A stretch of DNA of 58,195 nt from a virus (taxonomy: Duplodnaviria; Caudoviricetes), in IMG/VR virus record IMGVR_UViG_3300032116_000229, positions 1-58,195 of that record, one strand, 5' to 3'. Position numbers and translations under genes: made by a program. The notes beneath the pieces are model-generated. The model was not told where the DNA came from. It did not search any database and saw nothing but the letters and a program-made list of their open reading frames with translations. Of this stretch, positions 43,700 through 53,182 are shown in pieces (within the stretch, counting starts at the first letter, position 1; each line of letters starts with the position of its first letter).

Positions 43700-45889
43700 C
43701 TACGCGGCTTTTGTCGAGTCAAGCAGCATGACTTCCAGCTGCCGCATAACGGTAGTCGGAAGCTCATCCAACTTGTTGATGACAACATGATTGCGGTAAT
43801 ACCGCTTGACGGCAGCGGACATGATGCCAATGCCGAATACTTCGATACCGCCGGACTGAATTCGCTTGACCGTCTCGGCAAGATGCCAGTCTTGTGCGGA
43901 ACGGTCGCCCTCAGCGCACGGCAGGCCGTCAGACAGGACAATCATCAGTTTGCGGGCCTCTCGACGCGCCCACAGCCGTTTGGCGGCATATTCGACCGAC
44001 TCGCCGTCAATATTGTTTGCCAGGTCAATTTCGTCATAACAAGCCATTGCGCGGCGTCGCTCTGAATTAAAGCGGCTGTTGAAAGACTTGAAGATAGGCA
44101 TATAAACAGCCTCAGACCGCGAATACTTATGGCGGTCTGCGCCTACTTCTGCAAGATACACGCCAACCTTGCTCGGCCAATTAGTGGTGAAGCCGATAAT
44201 TTCGTGCGTGATATTGAGCCTATCAAGCGATGAGGACAGGGCGAATGCCGCCTTCATAGCCAAATCAATCTTTGACCCACCCATCGAGCCAGAAAGGTCA
44301 ACAACAAGGCTGACCGCAACATCCTTAGTCCGGCTTACATACTTGCGCCTGAACAAGCGTTCGTCGCCAGTCGCAATGCGATGCAAGGCGCTTGGGTTGA
44401 TTCGGCCCGAGCGATAGCCTGGAATCATGCGGCTGTGAGAGCGGGCCGCAACAAATCGCTCCAAATGACGCTGCAAAGGCCCGATATGACTGCTAACGGC
44501 GGCCTCCATTGCAGCCATTTGCCTCAGTTGGGTCGGCACACCTGCGCGCGGACGAAACTCGGAGATATCATCCAAGTCCCTAGTAAGCGGCGTGTATCTT
44601 GACGCCGCGTGGGCCTTCTCAATCTCCTCAGCGATTTTCTTATCCATCATCGCGTCGAGGTCTTTTGCCTCCTCGATAGCCTTGATGACATCCGCAATTG
44701 ACTCTGCGATTTCGCCGTCGAGGCCCTCCTCAGAGTCCTCGTCCTCGCTCTCATCTTCGGAGTCCTCATCAGAGTCCTCATCAGAGTCCTCATCAGAGTC
44801 CTCATCAGAGTCCTCATCAGAGTCATCCTCGTCGGAGCCACCCTCAGAGTCCTCCTCATCAGAGTCCTCATCAGAGTCATCCTCGTCGGAGCCACCCTCA
44901 GAGTCCTCCTCATCAGAGTCCTCATCAGAGTCATCCTCGTCGGAGCCACCCTCAGAGTCCTCCTCATCAGAGTCATCCTCGTCGGAATCGCCCTCGTAGT
45001 CAGAGTCGTCCGCAGAGTCCTCCTCCGGATGTCCGTCCTCGGGGTGCTCGTCCTCAGACTCATCGCCGGGGCCGTCATCAGGGTCGCCGGAGTCGCCGGA
45101 GTCAGAGGCGCTAGATTTGCTGCGACGGGTGGGGCCAGAAGAATCACCATCTGCATCGGGCGTGCCGCCAGAGGTGTCCTCGCCTTCGCCTTTTTCGCCC
45201 TCCTCCTTCTCCTTCTTTTTCCTTTCCTCTTCCTCGACGCGACGCTTGAGTTCCTCAAGCCGATTGTGCATCGCAACCGCCAACTTGTAGCCGTCCTCCG
45301 AAGAATTGACGGTACGAATCCGGTCAATCAAGTCGCTGCCGATTGCCTTAATCATCGGCTCGATAGTGGGCAGGTGCGGCTTAATCAGCGCCTCGCACTC
45401 TTTCTGGCCAGACCAGAAGCGCATGAGCGGCACAAGCAGTGTGCCGAAGATTGCTTCCTTGCTGCCTGATGCAACCGCCTTAGCAAGCGGCTCCTTGAGA
45501 ATGTGCTCCTCGACGAACGACCAGGTCTTGACGAGATTCTCCTTAGAACCACCGTAAGCCTCCTTCATTTTTCGTTCGATGAAGGTGTCCTCGATGACAC
45601 CGTAGATGCTGCCGACCTTCGAGTGTCTGGCAGTTTCCACAAACTTCGCATTGCTAAACAGAATGTGCGCGCACTCGTGGTCAACGAAGCCTTGAATGGC
45701 AATCAGCAGGGCATCCGGCGCGCTGTCCGGAATGTACGGGATGTTTACCCGCTCCGGGACGAAGGTCTTGGGATGATAAGAGACATACGCCTTAGTGCCG
45801 ACCTGCGTGACTTCGACACCGCGCCCGGAGAGCAATGGCACGATTTTTGCAATTGACTCTCGGAGAATTTCTACTTTTGTGGGCTTCAC
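43700..45889 (-). CDS. CobT-like vWA protein with acidic linker
   Basis: N-terminal HECAH; D/E/S-rich linker; MIDAS DLSGS...LSDG. Confidence 0.88.
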   Translation of the reverse strand: MKPTKVEILRESIAKIVPLLSGRGVEVTQVGTKAYVSYHPKTFVPERVNIPYIPDSAPDALLIAIQGFVDHECAHILFSNAKFVETARHSKVGSIYGVIEDTFIERKMKEAYGGSKENLVKTWSFVEEHILKEPLAKAVASGSKEAIFGTLLVPLMRFWSGQKECEALIKPHLPTIEPMIKAIGSDLIDRIRTVNSSEDGYKLAVAMHNRLEELKRRVEEEERKKKEKEEGEKGEGEDTSGGTPDADGDSSGPTRRSKSSASDSGDSGDPDDGPGDESEDEHPEDGHPEEDSADDSDYEGDSDEDDSDEEDSEGGSDEDDSDEDSDEEDSEGGSDEDDSDEDSDEEDSEGGSDEDDSDEDSDEDSDEDSDEDSDEDSEDESEDEDSEEGLDGEIAESIADVIKAIEEAKDLDAMMDKKIAEEIEKAHAASRYTPLTRDLDDISEFRPRAGVPTQLRQMAAMEAAVSSHIGPLQRHLERFVAARSHSRMIPGYRSGRINPSALHRIATGDERLFRRKYVSRTKDVAVSLVVDLSGSMGGSKIDLAMKAAFALSSSLDRLNITHEIIGFTTNWPSKVGVYLAEVGADRHKYSRSEAVYMPIFKSFNSRFNSERRRAMACYDEIDLANNIDGESVEYAAKRLWARREARKLMIVLSDGLPCAEGDRSAQDWHLAETVKRIQSGGIEVFGIGIMSAAVKRYYRNHVVINKLDELPTTVMRQLEVMLLDSTKAA
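44735..44990. repeat. in-frame VNTR: 54-bp x3 plus 12-bp x5
   Basis: encodes (DSDEEDSEGGSDEDDSDE)3 and (DSDE)n. Confidence 0.9.
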
Positions 45890-45923
45890 CAGATACCTCC
45901 GTCATGGGTGACTTTGTTTTTCT

Positions 45924-45952
45924 AGTATAGAAAGAAAGTGCTTGGATTACAG
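45924..45952 (-). promoter_or_regulatory. promoter CTGTAA-17-TATACT
   Basis: upstream of the vWA gene; AAAGTCACCC box downstream. Confidence 0.55.
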
Positions 45953-46051
45953 ACTCTCCAAGCACTTACCAATCAGATACCGATAAATGACCAACTTTGT
46001 TTTTCTTGTTGTTGGCACTGACTTACTCTATGTGGAAGCCAAAGCGATTGC

Positions 46052-46678
46052 TCAGTCCGCTGTGTCGGATTGAGAGCCTGATTCTGACTGGTGAAGACGG
46101 TCAAAAATGAACCTGGTCAACTGGTTGACCTGCCAATCCTGCGACCGCTCTTCAAACTGCTCCAGGCAGTAATCCCATGGCATCAACGAAACCCACTCCA
46201 GCTCCGCACGGGTCAGGAGAAAGCGTCGCCTGTAAATCTCCCAGTCGGCTTCGATATCCTGGAACATCCGCTGAGCAAACCTATGCCGCTGAAGGCTCGG
46301 CGTGATGTTGATGAATACCTTGATGTGTTTCCAGCCGTACTGGTTGGCGACCCTAGCCAACTGCATCGCGCCGTTTGGCTCCACGATAACGATAGGAACC
46401 TGACCGCTCTGGATTGCGGCTTTTACACTGTGAACCGCTACGCCGTACTTATAGCCGCCGTACTCTACCCGCTCGGCCATTTCTACGGACTCAAACTCCT
46501 CGTCCGAGACGAAATAGTAATCCACCATGTCCCGCTCGCCTGCGCGAGAGGGTCTGGTAGTGTGACTGACAATCTCCTTGAAGCCGCCCCGCGATTGCAG
46601 GGTCCGCATAAGGGTCGTCTTTCCAGAGAGCGACGGACCAGTAAGGCTTACGATTGCATTGATAGGTTTCATCACCAC
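46052..46678 (-). CDS. guanylate kinase-like nucleotide kinase
   Basis: GPSLSGKTT, SHTTRPSRAGE..VDYYFVS and YG motifs. Confidence 0.85.
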   Translation of the reverse strand: MVMKPINAIVSLTGPSLSGKTTLMRTLQSRGGFKEIVSHTTRPSRAGERDMVDYYFVSDEEFESVEMAERVEYGGYKYGVAVHSVKAAIQSGQVPIVIVEPNGAMQLARVANQYGWKHIKVFINITPSLQRHRFAQRMFQDIEADWEIYRRRFLLTRAELEWVSLMPWDYCLEQFEERSQDWQVNQLTRFIFDRLHQSESGSQSDTAD

Positions 46679-47964
46679 TCCGACTTATCCATTCTGAGGG
46701 AAACGAAGCGCGGGTGCCGAAGCGAGCCGGCCTCCGTGACTTCCTGGAACTGAACTTCCGCAAGTTTGTGGCGATAAACTTCTCGATTGCGCCAGATGAG
46801 ATTTCGGTCCTCGTCGCTGATGCCCGAGCCGACACGAACCGGCACACCCTTGCGGTCCACAATAAGAGCGCCGAGAGTGCCGACAAACTTGCCTTCGCCC
46901 TCCTCGAAACCGATGATTTCCAAATCTTCGGAGTCCTCGGCCTTCATCTTGATCCAGGCTGAAGACCGCTTGCCGACATAGCCGCTATTAGGCGCCTTGA
47001 TGATTGCGCCCTCGAAGCCTTTGTCTCGGAAGGCGCCATAGTAATGGGTGACTTCTTCTTCGGAGGAAGCCACATAGGACGGAGGGAAACTAATGGAGGC
47101 CGGACCGTCGTTGAATTTGAGCGCGGACAGGTTAACCGCAGTGACAAGAGCCTGCCGACGCGCCGCATAGTTCTTTTCCGTCCAAGACTGCTTGCCAGCC
47201 TTTCTGAAGGCCTCGTACGGCAGCCAGTCAAATACATGGTAGGTCGCATCGTGGAAAACTTCAGACTTGCGACGGGCCTTTTCCATCGTCTCCTTGAAAG
47301 ACTTGCCCATCACTTCGCCATCAATAACTACGGCGTCGCACCCTTCGTCGGAACACAACTTGTTGGCAATATTTTGCAGCGACTTTTCCAGCGATTCGGG
47401 TAGGGAGGTCACAGGTTTGCCGCTTCTGGTGTAGAACTTGACGCCAGACGCATCCACGACCGAGAGCACCCGCATACCGTCGTACTTAGGCTCGATGCGA
47501 CACGGATATTCGATTTTCCGACTGTCGTACGGCTCGGCGAGCATACAGGAGAACTCAAACAGAAAGCCCGGAATAGCCGTGTTGATGGTGCCTGCGCCCA
47601 GGCCCCAGGACAGGTCCTTGTCGAGAATGGCAACAAGAAGTTGTGCCTCGTCGAACAACAGTTCCGAGCACCGCTTGTTGGCCCACTCTGCGCCTTTGCT
47701 TCTATTCATCTTGCGACTTGCCAAAAGCCGTAGCGTCTCAAAGTCCTTCGAATTAAGTACCCCGGTAACTTTCTCGGCGATTGAGAGTCGCAGCTCCACG
47801 CTGTTCTTGCCAACATTGAAGGCAATCGAGGGGTCCATCGCAAGGGAAACCATTTCGCCAAAGTTTGGCACGGTCTCCACAAACTTCTTAAACAGGTCCA
47901 CCTTTTCCTTGCGGCTACCCGCTGCGCGGACCTGGTTAACACATTCCGACAAAATCAGATTCAT
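46672..47964 (-). CDS. ATP-dependent DNA ligase
   Basis: EPKYDGMR, IDGE, FD, EGAIIK, WIKMK, SLRHPRF. Confidence 0.93.
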   Translation of the reverse strand: MNLILSECVNQVRAAGSRKEKVDLFKKFVETVPNFGEMVSLAMDPSIAFNVGKNSVELRLSIAEKVTGVLNSKDFETLRLLASRKMNRSKGAEWANKRCSELLFDEAQLLVAILDKDLSWGLGAGTINTAIPGFLFEFSCMLAEPYDSRKIEYPCRIEPKYDGMRVLSVVDASGVKFYTRSGKPVTSLPESLEKSLQNIANKLCSDEGCDAVVIDGEVMGKSFKETMEKARRKSEVFHDATYHVFDWLPYEAFRKAGKQSWTEKNYAARRQALVTAVNLSALKFNDGPASISFPPSYVASSEEEVTHYYGAFRDKGFEGAIIKAPNSGYVGKRSSAWIKMKAEDSEDLEIIGFEEGEGKFVGTLGALIVDRKGVPVRVGSGISDEDRNLIWRNREVYRHKLAEVQFQEVTEAGSLRHPRFVSLRMDKSEW

Positions 47965-47988
47965 TTTTACCTCACCAAGTTAGTCTGA

Positions 47989-48510
47989 TTATTTATCTTT
48001 GGCTTGCTCTGCCATCATCTTATTTACCAAATCTGCATACAGATTTCCTGTGCTGACTTGTGGCTCGACTCTGGCAGGTCGTCTGGTCGGGCGACTGACC
48101 GGAGCCGACCTTTCGGGTCGCGGGGCAGTCTCAACAGGCTCGGGCAACCCGGATTCGCGCCTCTTGATTGCCGCAATTGCTAGTCCAGCCCGGTCCCATC
48201 CGCGCTGGAAACTTGGACTCAGCACATCAACCGCCGGCTTTGGTCTGCCGCCTGTGGCTGGTGTGGGTTCGCGTGGGGTATAAAAGAGCGCGTGTCCAGC
48301 CTGTCGCTCCTCCGAGCGCATCTTTTTGGCAGGGCAACCGCCGCAGTTGAAGGCGCGTATGCAAGCCGCGTCTTTCGATTGGTAGTCGCGCTTCTCAATC
48401 CGCTCAATGAGATTGAGGCATACAGCGTAGTGCCGATGCCCACCGTAGACCGAGCAATTCACGGTCAGCGTGTTGTCGCCGCGCTTTGAGTATTCAAGTG
48501 GCTTAGTCAT
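47989..48510 (-). CDS. hypothetical Cys-rich protein
   Basis: C...YAVCL...C...CPAKKMRSEE. Confidence 0.7.
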   Translation of the reverse strand: MTKPLEYSKRGDNTLTVNCSVYGGHRHYAVCLNLIERIEKRDYQSKDAACIRAFNCGGCPAKKMRSEERQAGHALFYTPREPTPATGGRPKPAVDVLSPSFQRGWDRAGLAIAAIKRRESGLPEPVETAPRPERSAPVSRPTRRPARVEPQVSTGNLYADLVNKMMAEQAKDK

Positions 48511-49133
48511 TACCATGCACCCCAAGTTGCAGGCCTGGAAGTCGACTCGATAGGCAATTCAATAGGCGACTCAAATGCAGCAGAAAGACCGGCTGCTGAA
48601 GTCGGTACTGGAGTAACTGACAGTCCAGACGGGATGACCGGATAACTTATGTTTGTCGCCATAGCATACGCATGGATGCTGGTGACAAACGCCTCGATAT
48701 CCCCGGATGTCGCAGGAGAGGGCCGAAGGTCCGTACCGAATCGGTACAGCGCGTTTCTGAAGGGCCTCATCTTCGTCTCGTCATTGACCATACCCGACAC
48801 CCAACTTGAAATTGGAGGTATTTCGGCGTTGAGTAGCAAAGCGTCACCCAGATGCTTGCCGTCGTGAAAGATAAATTTTGGTCTGTTGTCCTGGTACTTG
48901 AGCGTGAGTTTGTGGAATCTAGCGGCCAAATGCGTAATGGCGGCAGTGGGCGAGTTCAAAAGCCAAGCCCAACAGGTTTCACCCTTAAAGCCGTATCGCT
49001 CCGCGATGAAGATTTTAGCCAGCGACGTGGAACTCAGTACCTCCCATTTGTACCTGGTCGTATGGTTTCCAAAATCGTTTTCGGCGACAAACTCAATTTG
49101 AGCGCGTCGGACATGAATTGCCTTCGCCGTCAT
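48510..49133 (-). CDS. hypothetical protein, C-terminus PATWGAW
   Basis: GAGGAGG RBS; TAATG overlap with the next gene. Confidence 0.75.
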   Translation of the reverse strand: MTAKAIHVRRAQIEFVAENDFGNHTTRYKWEVLSSTSLAKIFIAERYGFKGETCWAWLLNSPTAAITHLAARFHKLTLKYQDNRPKFIFHDGKHLGDALLLNAEIPPISSWVSGMVNDETKMRPFRNALYRFGTDLRPSPATSGDIEAFVTSIHAYAMATNISYPVIPSGLSVTPVPTSAAGLSAAFESPIELPIESTSRPATWGAW

Positions 49134-49202
49134 ACACACACCTCCTCAGTCGTTACTTATATCTTACACGCGCCCGTGATTTTTGGGACGGTAGTTGCGC
49201 GG

Positions 49203-50282
49203 TCAAAACATAATGGCCCTGAGGAGAGACTTTGCGCCGGCGGCATCAGATGGATTGACGGCACCAAGAAACTGCTTCCGAACAACCGCGCCAGATACCT
49301 CGTTGGGGTCTTTACCCTTTGGAAGAATGGCGATGTTGACCGTCAAACCGATGCCACGGAGCTTATCCGCCGCCTTAATAGCAGACCTAAGTGCGGCTGG
49401 CTCCGAGTCCCACATTATGGTGACGGTTCGCAGGTTTGCTGCCTTCAGGGACGCAAAGGCATCTATCTGCGTGTCGCCTTCAAGCCCCACAGATAGGTGC
49501 ATACCGAAGGTGCCTACCGCAGCGACATTACGAAGTGCCGGATCTTCCTGCAATGCTGCATGAATGGCTATCACATCGAACACGCCTTCGCCCACGACAA
49601 TGTGGCTGGACTGCCAAGCGTTGTGACCGTTATAGAGATAGCGGCCCGACGCACTCAGCCCAGGCGGGAATAGATACTTCGGCTCCTTCGCCCCGGTAAT
49701 GTCGCGGCCCTGAAAGGTCTTGAGGTTGCCCTCCAGGTCGAATATCGGAATGATGACCCGACCAGAGTAGTCTTGGCGGTAGACGGCCCCATCAACTTCC
49801 ATCTTGTGCCCGCCAGTATGGCAGTAACGAAGATTGAAGAACCGGGCCAAGTCGCCCGTGACTCCACGGCTCTCGAGATACTCCAGATTGTTGCCGTCAA
49901 TGTCTGGCAATTCAATGCTGGTCGGCAACTCGACGCTCCCGCTCCAATCTACTGCCGCAGCCTTCCTCCGCGCCCGCCATCCCATCGCTGACGCGCTCTC
50001 TTTTATATGTGCGATGACTTCGCGATGGGCTGCGTCTCCAAGGAGCGCACGGATGAACTTATACTTGTTGAAGGTTCCAAGCTGGCAACCGCCTTTGAAG
50101 CAGTTGCCAAGGCCCGTAGATTCGTTGGCGTAGACTTTCCAATTGTTGTCTCCGCAGGACGGGCAGGTTTTGATGTTCAGCTGCCTGCCCGAAGAGCCAG
50201 GGCGCGTCCTATACTCGACCCCCATGTGGTCCAAGTAGGACTCCAAGTCCAACGCCTCCAAGATTTCGTTTAACTCCGACAC
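49203..50282 (-). CDS. DNA primase (Zn finger + TOPRIM)
   Basis: CPSC...CF..GC, RVIIP, KYL, EGVFD, WDSE and KDPNE. Confidence 0.88.
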   Translation of the reverse strand: MSELNEILEALDLESYLDHMGVEYRTRPGSSGRQLNIKTCPSCGDNNWKVYANESTGLGNCFKGGCQLGTFNKYKFIRALLGDAAHREVIAHIKESASAMGWRARRKAAAVDWSGSVELPTSIELPDIDGNNLEYLESRGVTGDLARFFNLRYCHTGGHKMEVDGAVYRQDYSGRVIIPIFDLEGNLKTFQGRDITGAKEPKYLFPPGLSASGRYLYNGHNAWQSSHIVVGEGVFDVIAIHAALQEDPALRNVAAVGTFGMHLSVGLEGDTQIDAFASLKAANLRTVTIMWDSEPAALRSAIKAADKLRGIGLTVNIAILPKGKDPNEVSGAVVRKQFLGAVNPSDAAGAKSLLRAIMF

Positions 50283-50287
50283 TCGGA

Positions 50288-51610
50288 TTACTCTTTACCA
50301 ATTACCCTAGCAATGAACTTCGCGCGCTCGAGCGCCTGCTTAACACGAATGGTGATTCCATCTTCCTGGTTTCTCGACGCTGCGAAGTAAAGCCGCGCCT
50401 CTTGTCTGGCCTTCTCGTCTTCCGTGGAGTTGATAGAGATAAGAAGGTCGACGATGCGCGCCTTGTTAATGTCCTCGGAAACGTGCTCCATCCTTTGAAC
50501 AGCCTGCTGGAAACCTTCTCGATTGGTCTGGGTCGCAGATACCAAGGCCAAATTTTCCATCTGAGCGATGGCGCGGACCCCGGTGTATATTTGCTTGGAG
50601 TTTTCGATGGATTCTGTCGTCCGATAGTCCGGCGCCATCAGGTCCAAGTAGTCCAGGACGACCATATCGAAGGTCGTGCCTTTCGCCTTGTAATGATGGA
50701 GCAGCCGTACCAACGCCTTTGGCGTCAAGGAACCCGTTGGGAACTCGTGAATACGAAGTAAGCCACAGTCTTTTCTTGCCGTTTCTATACGGTCGGCGAC
50801 CTCTAAGGCGGAAATTCCAAGCGTCGACAGGCTGATTTCGGAGATGTTGGCGTCGAGCCGCTCCGCAACAATCTTGGCGGAAAGTTCCAGCGTGACATAC
50901 ATCACGTTGTGGCCAGCAAAGCAGGCGGCTCGAGCCGAATCAATCAGCGCCATACTCTTGCCGGACTTGGGGCCGCCCATGTAGATGGACAGCTCCTTCC
51001 GGCCCCACCCGCCGTGGTAGAGGATGGTGTCCATGATTTCGATGCCGGTGGTGATGCCAGACTTCGAGATTCGGCCAGCCACCAGGTCTTCGCGGTAAAG
51101 CTTCCGCTCCTCGATGGTGTCGAAGTAGGAGTAGCCCTGGTCGGTCTCCACCACGCCGACTTCGCTGGCGCGCTTGACCACGCGCTCAACATCGTCGAAC
51201 TTGCCTTTGTCCACCAGGTCGACGGACTCGAGAATTGCCACCTTCAAGGCCTGGTGCCGAGCGAACTCGGCGACCTTGTCGATTACGAAGTCCCGGTCCG
51301 CGATGACCACATCATTCAGCGCAGTCAGGGTGGCCGGGATTTCATGGACTACCCCCTTGCGGAATTTCTTTTTGACAATCCCATCCTTGATGACCTCGGT
51401 AATCGCGCCCTTCCCGCGAGGGATGGTGCGATATTTCTGGAAGTACTCCAGAAAGCAGGACGCAATGCCCGCCTCTAGTTCGTTGGAGAACTGCTCCGGC
51501 TTAATGAGGCCATCCGTACGGATGTGAAAGTCCACGTCCCTGCACAGCAGGGCCACGATGGTGGTCTGGAAAGCCTCGTCAAACTGGAACTTCTCGAGTT
51601 CCTCGGACAT
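50288..51610 (-). CDS. DnaB/gp41-like replicative helicase
   Basis: GPKSGKS, TLEL, LDYLDL, ATQTNR and VSED. Confidence 0.9.
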   Translation of the reverse strand: MSEELEKFQFDEAFQTTIVALLCRDVDFHIRTDGLIKPEQFSNELEAGIASCFLEYFQKYRTIPRGKGAITEVIKDGIVKKKFRKGVVHEIPATLTALNDVVIADRDFVIDKVAEFARHQALKVAILESVDLVDKGKFDDVERVVKRASEVGVVETDQGYSYFDTIEERKLYREDLVAGRISKSGITTGIEIMDTILYHGGWGRKELSIYMGGPKSGKSMALIDSARAACFAGHNVMYVTLELSAKIVAERLDANISEISLSTLGISALEVADRIETARKDCGLLRIHEFPTGSLTPKALVRLLHHYKAKGTTFDMVVLDYLDLMAPDYRTTESIENSKQIYTGVRAIAQMENLALVSATQTNREGFQQAVQRMEHVSEDINKARIVDLLISINSTEDEKARQEARLYFAASRNQEDGITIRVKQALERAKFIARVIGKE

Positions 51611-51613
51611 GGC

Positions 51614-51925
51614 TTACTCCAGGATTTCGAGGGTGAACGACTCGATGGCGTGCTTGAAGAAGATGGTCGGGTTTTCCTCGCCATCCCGGAAGAACGACAC
51701 GGTAAAGCGGTCCGACTGGCTAAGACGACCGACGTGCTCCTCACCGGAGATTGCCACGATTGTGATGCGGACATTCTTGTGCCGCAGCATATCAATCAAG
51801 GCGTCATGGCCTTCCTTGCGGTTAACTTCCTTGCGAACCGGCGACCGGCTGGTTCCATAGGCACGAACTCGACCCCGCTCGGGAAGTCCAAGTTGCTGAC
51901 GAATGGTCACGTTTTCATCACTCAT
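51614..51925 (-). CDS. hfq: Hfq-like Sm/LSm RNA-binding protein
   Basis: HDALIDMLR..VRITIVAISGEEHVGRLSQSDRFTV...IFFKHAIES aligns by eye with Hfq QDPFLNALR..VSIYLVNG..LQGQIESFDQF...VYKHAIST. Confidence 0.78.
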   Translation of the reverse strand: MSDENVTIRQQLGLPERGRVRAYGTSRSPVRKEVNRKEGHDALIDMLRHKNVRITIVAISGEEHVGRLSQSDRFTVSFFRDGEENPTIFFKHAIESFTLEILE

Positions 51926-51960
51926 GTTATTCACCCGTTACTTACTGTTTGAGACAAAAA

Positions 51961-52443
51961 TCAATGGCCGGCCAATTTCTTGACGACCGCTTCAACGACA
52001 TTGCTGTTTGCCAACTCGCGAGGTAAGGCGAGTCGCTTCCAACCTGCACGCTCTGAATAGTCTAGAGCATGGAAGCAAAATTGCTCATAGTCTGCACCGA
52101 TGGAATCGGCTGCTCGGCGAGCTGCCCACAGGCCGACCCGATTCTGCTCGGTGTCGTCCATAGGGTTGGCCGCCGAAAAGATACGGTGCTTATCAACCAG
52201 CCTGAAGTCTTCTCGCTTCCGAAGTGCCCATCTGTAGGCAGCGACATAGGCTTCTGCAAAGAGCATCGTAGCGGCCATAGGATGTAGGCTGCGGTACTTT
52301 GCATTCTTAGTCGTATACAGTCTTGCTTCGCCAGCAAGATACTTCTCTGGAATTGAAGTCAGTGACCTAGAGTCTAGCTCCAGGTCGCTGAAGTGTCTAC
52401 CAAAGTAAGGCCCGTTACTCTTTCCGATAGCATCAACAATCAT
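51961..52443 (-). CDS. hypothetical protein
   Basis: 160-aa ORF in replication operon. Confidence 0.7.
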   Translation of the reverse strand: MIVDAIGKSNGPYFGRHFSDLELDSRSLTSIPEKYLAGEARLYTTKNAKYRSLHPMAATMLFAEAYVAAYRWALRKREDFRLVDKHRIFSAANPMDDTEQNRVGLWAARRAADSIGADYEQFCFHALDYSERAGWKRLALPRELANSNVVEAVVKKLAGH

Positions 52444-52473
52444 GGGTTGATTATATCGGGCGGCTTTGTTTTT

Positions 52474-53178
52474 TCAGTCAGTCTCGTAGACTTCGACAAT
52501 GCGCTGCGAAATCCCGGAGCGCACAATATCCGCCTTGGTGAAGTTGACAACGCTAACGCCGCCAATCGACCGGGTGCGGTGTACAGCGTCCTCCAAGCCA
52601 TTCGCATTCGGGATGTCACGCTGCCTGATATCGCCGTTGACCACGACTTTCGAGTGATTGCCAACGCGGGTCAGAAACAACTTCATCTGAACGGAACTGG
52701 CATTTTGTGCCTCGTCGAAGAGGACAAAGCAGTTGTCGAAGGTATGCCCACGCATATAGGCCAGCGGTAGCGCCTCGATTGTGCCCCGCTTCACCATGTA
52801 CTCGACCTGACTTTTGCCAAGTCGGGCCTCGAGAATCGCCTTTACAGGCCGAAAATACGGGTCGAACTTCTCTTCCAGCGAGCCAGGGAGAAAGCCGAGC
52901 TCCTCGCCTGCCTCCACAGCTGGGCGCGTAACGATGATTTTTCTGACTTGCCGACTCTTAAGTGCCTCTGCTGCCTCACAGGTCGCAATGTATGTCTTGC
53001 CAGTTCCTGCGGGGCCGACACCAAAAGTGACAACTGACGACCGAATCGCCGTCAGATACTCTGACTGGGCGGCAGTTTTTGGCTCTAGCTTGGAGTCGTC
53101 TCGCTTTTCTACCTTGTGGTCCGTACCCAGTTCCGCAGCCAAGCTCTCTTTCTTGGTTCGCTTCCTGACTTTGGACAT
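52474..53178 (-). CDS. phoH: PhoH-family ATPase
   Basis: GPAGTGKT, RPAVEAGEELGFLPG, YMRGHT, DEAQN and DIVRS. Confidence 0.93.
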   Translation of the reverse strand: MSKVRKRTKKESLAAELGTDHKVEKRDDSKLEPKTAAQSEYLTAIRSSVVTFGVGPAGTGKTYIATCEAAEALKSRQVRKIIVTRPAVEAGEELGFLPGSLEEKFDPYFRPVKAILEARLGKSQVEYMVKRGTIEALPLAYMRGHTFDNCFVLFDEAQNASSVQMKLFLTRVGNHSKVVVNGDIRQRDIPNANGLEDAVHRTRSIGGVSVVNFTKADIVRSGISQRIVEVYETD

Positions 53179-53182
53179 GGGC

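Noticed and set aside
44592-45327. Ser-rich, PHQS and RTLM repeat ORFs
   Set aside because: Alternative frames of the acidic VNTR in the vWA gene
42439-45889. Cobalamin biosynthesis (cobS/cobT) auxiliary genes serving the class II RNR
   Set aside because: No cobN or other cob genes; phage AAA/vWA pairs are generic MoxR-type systems, so no gene symbols were assigned
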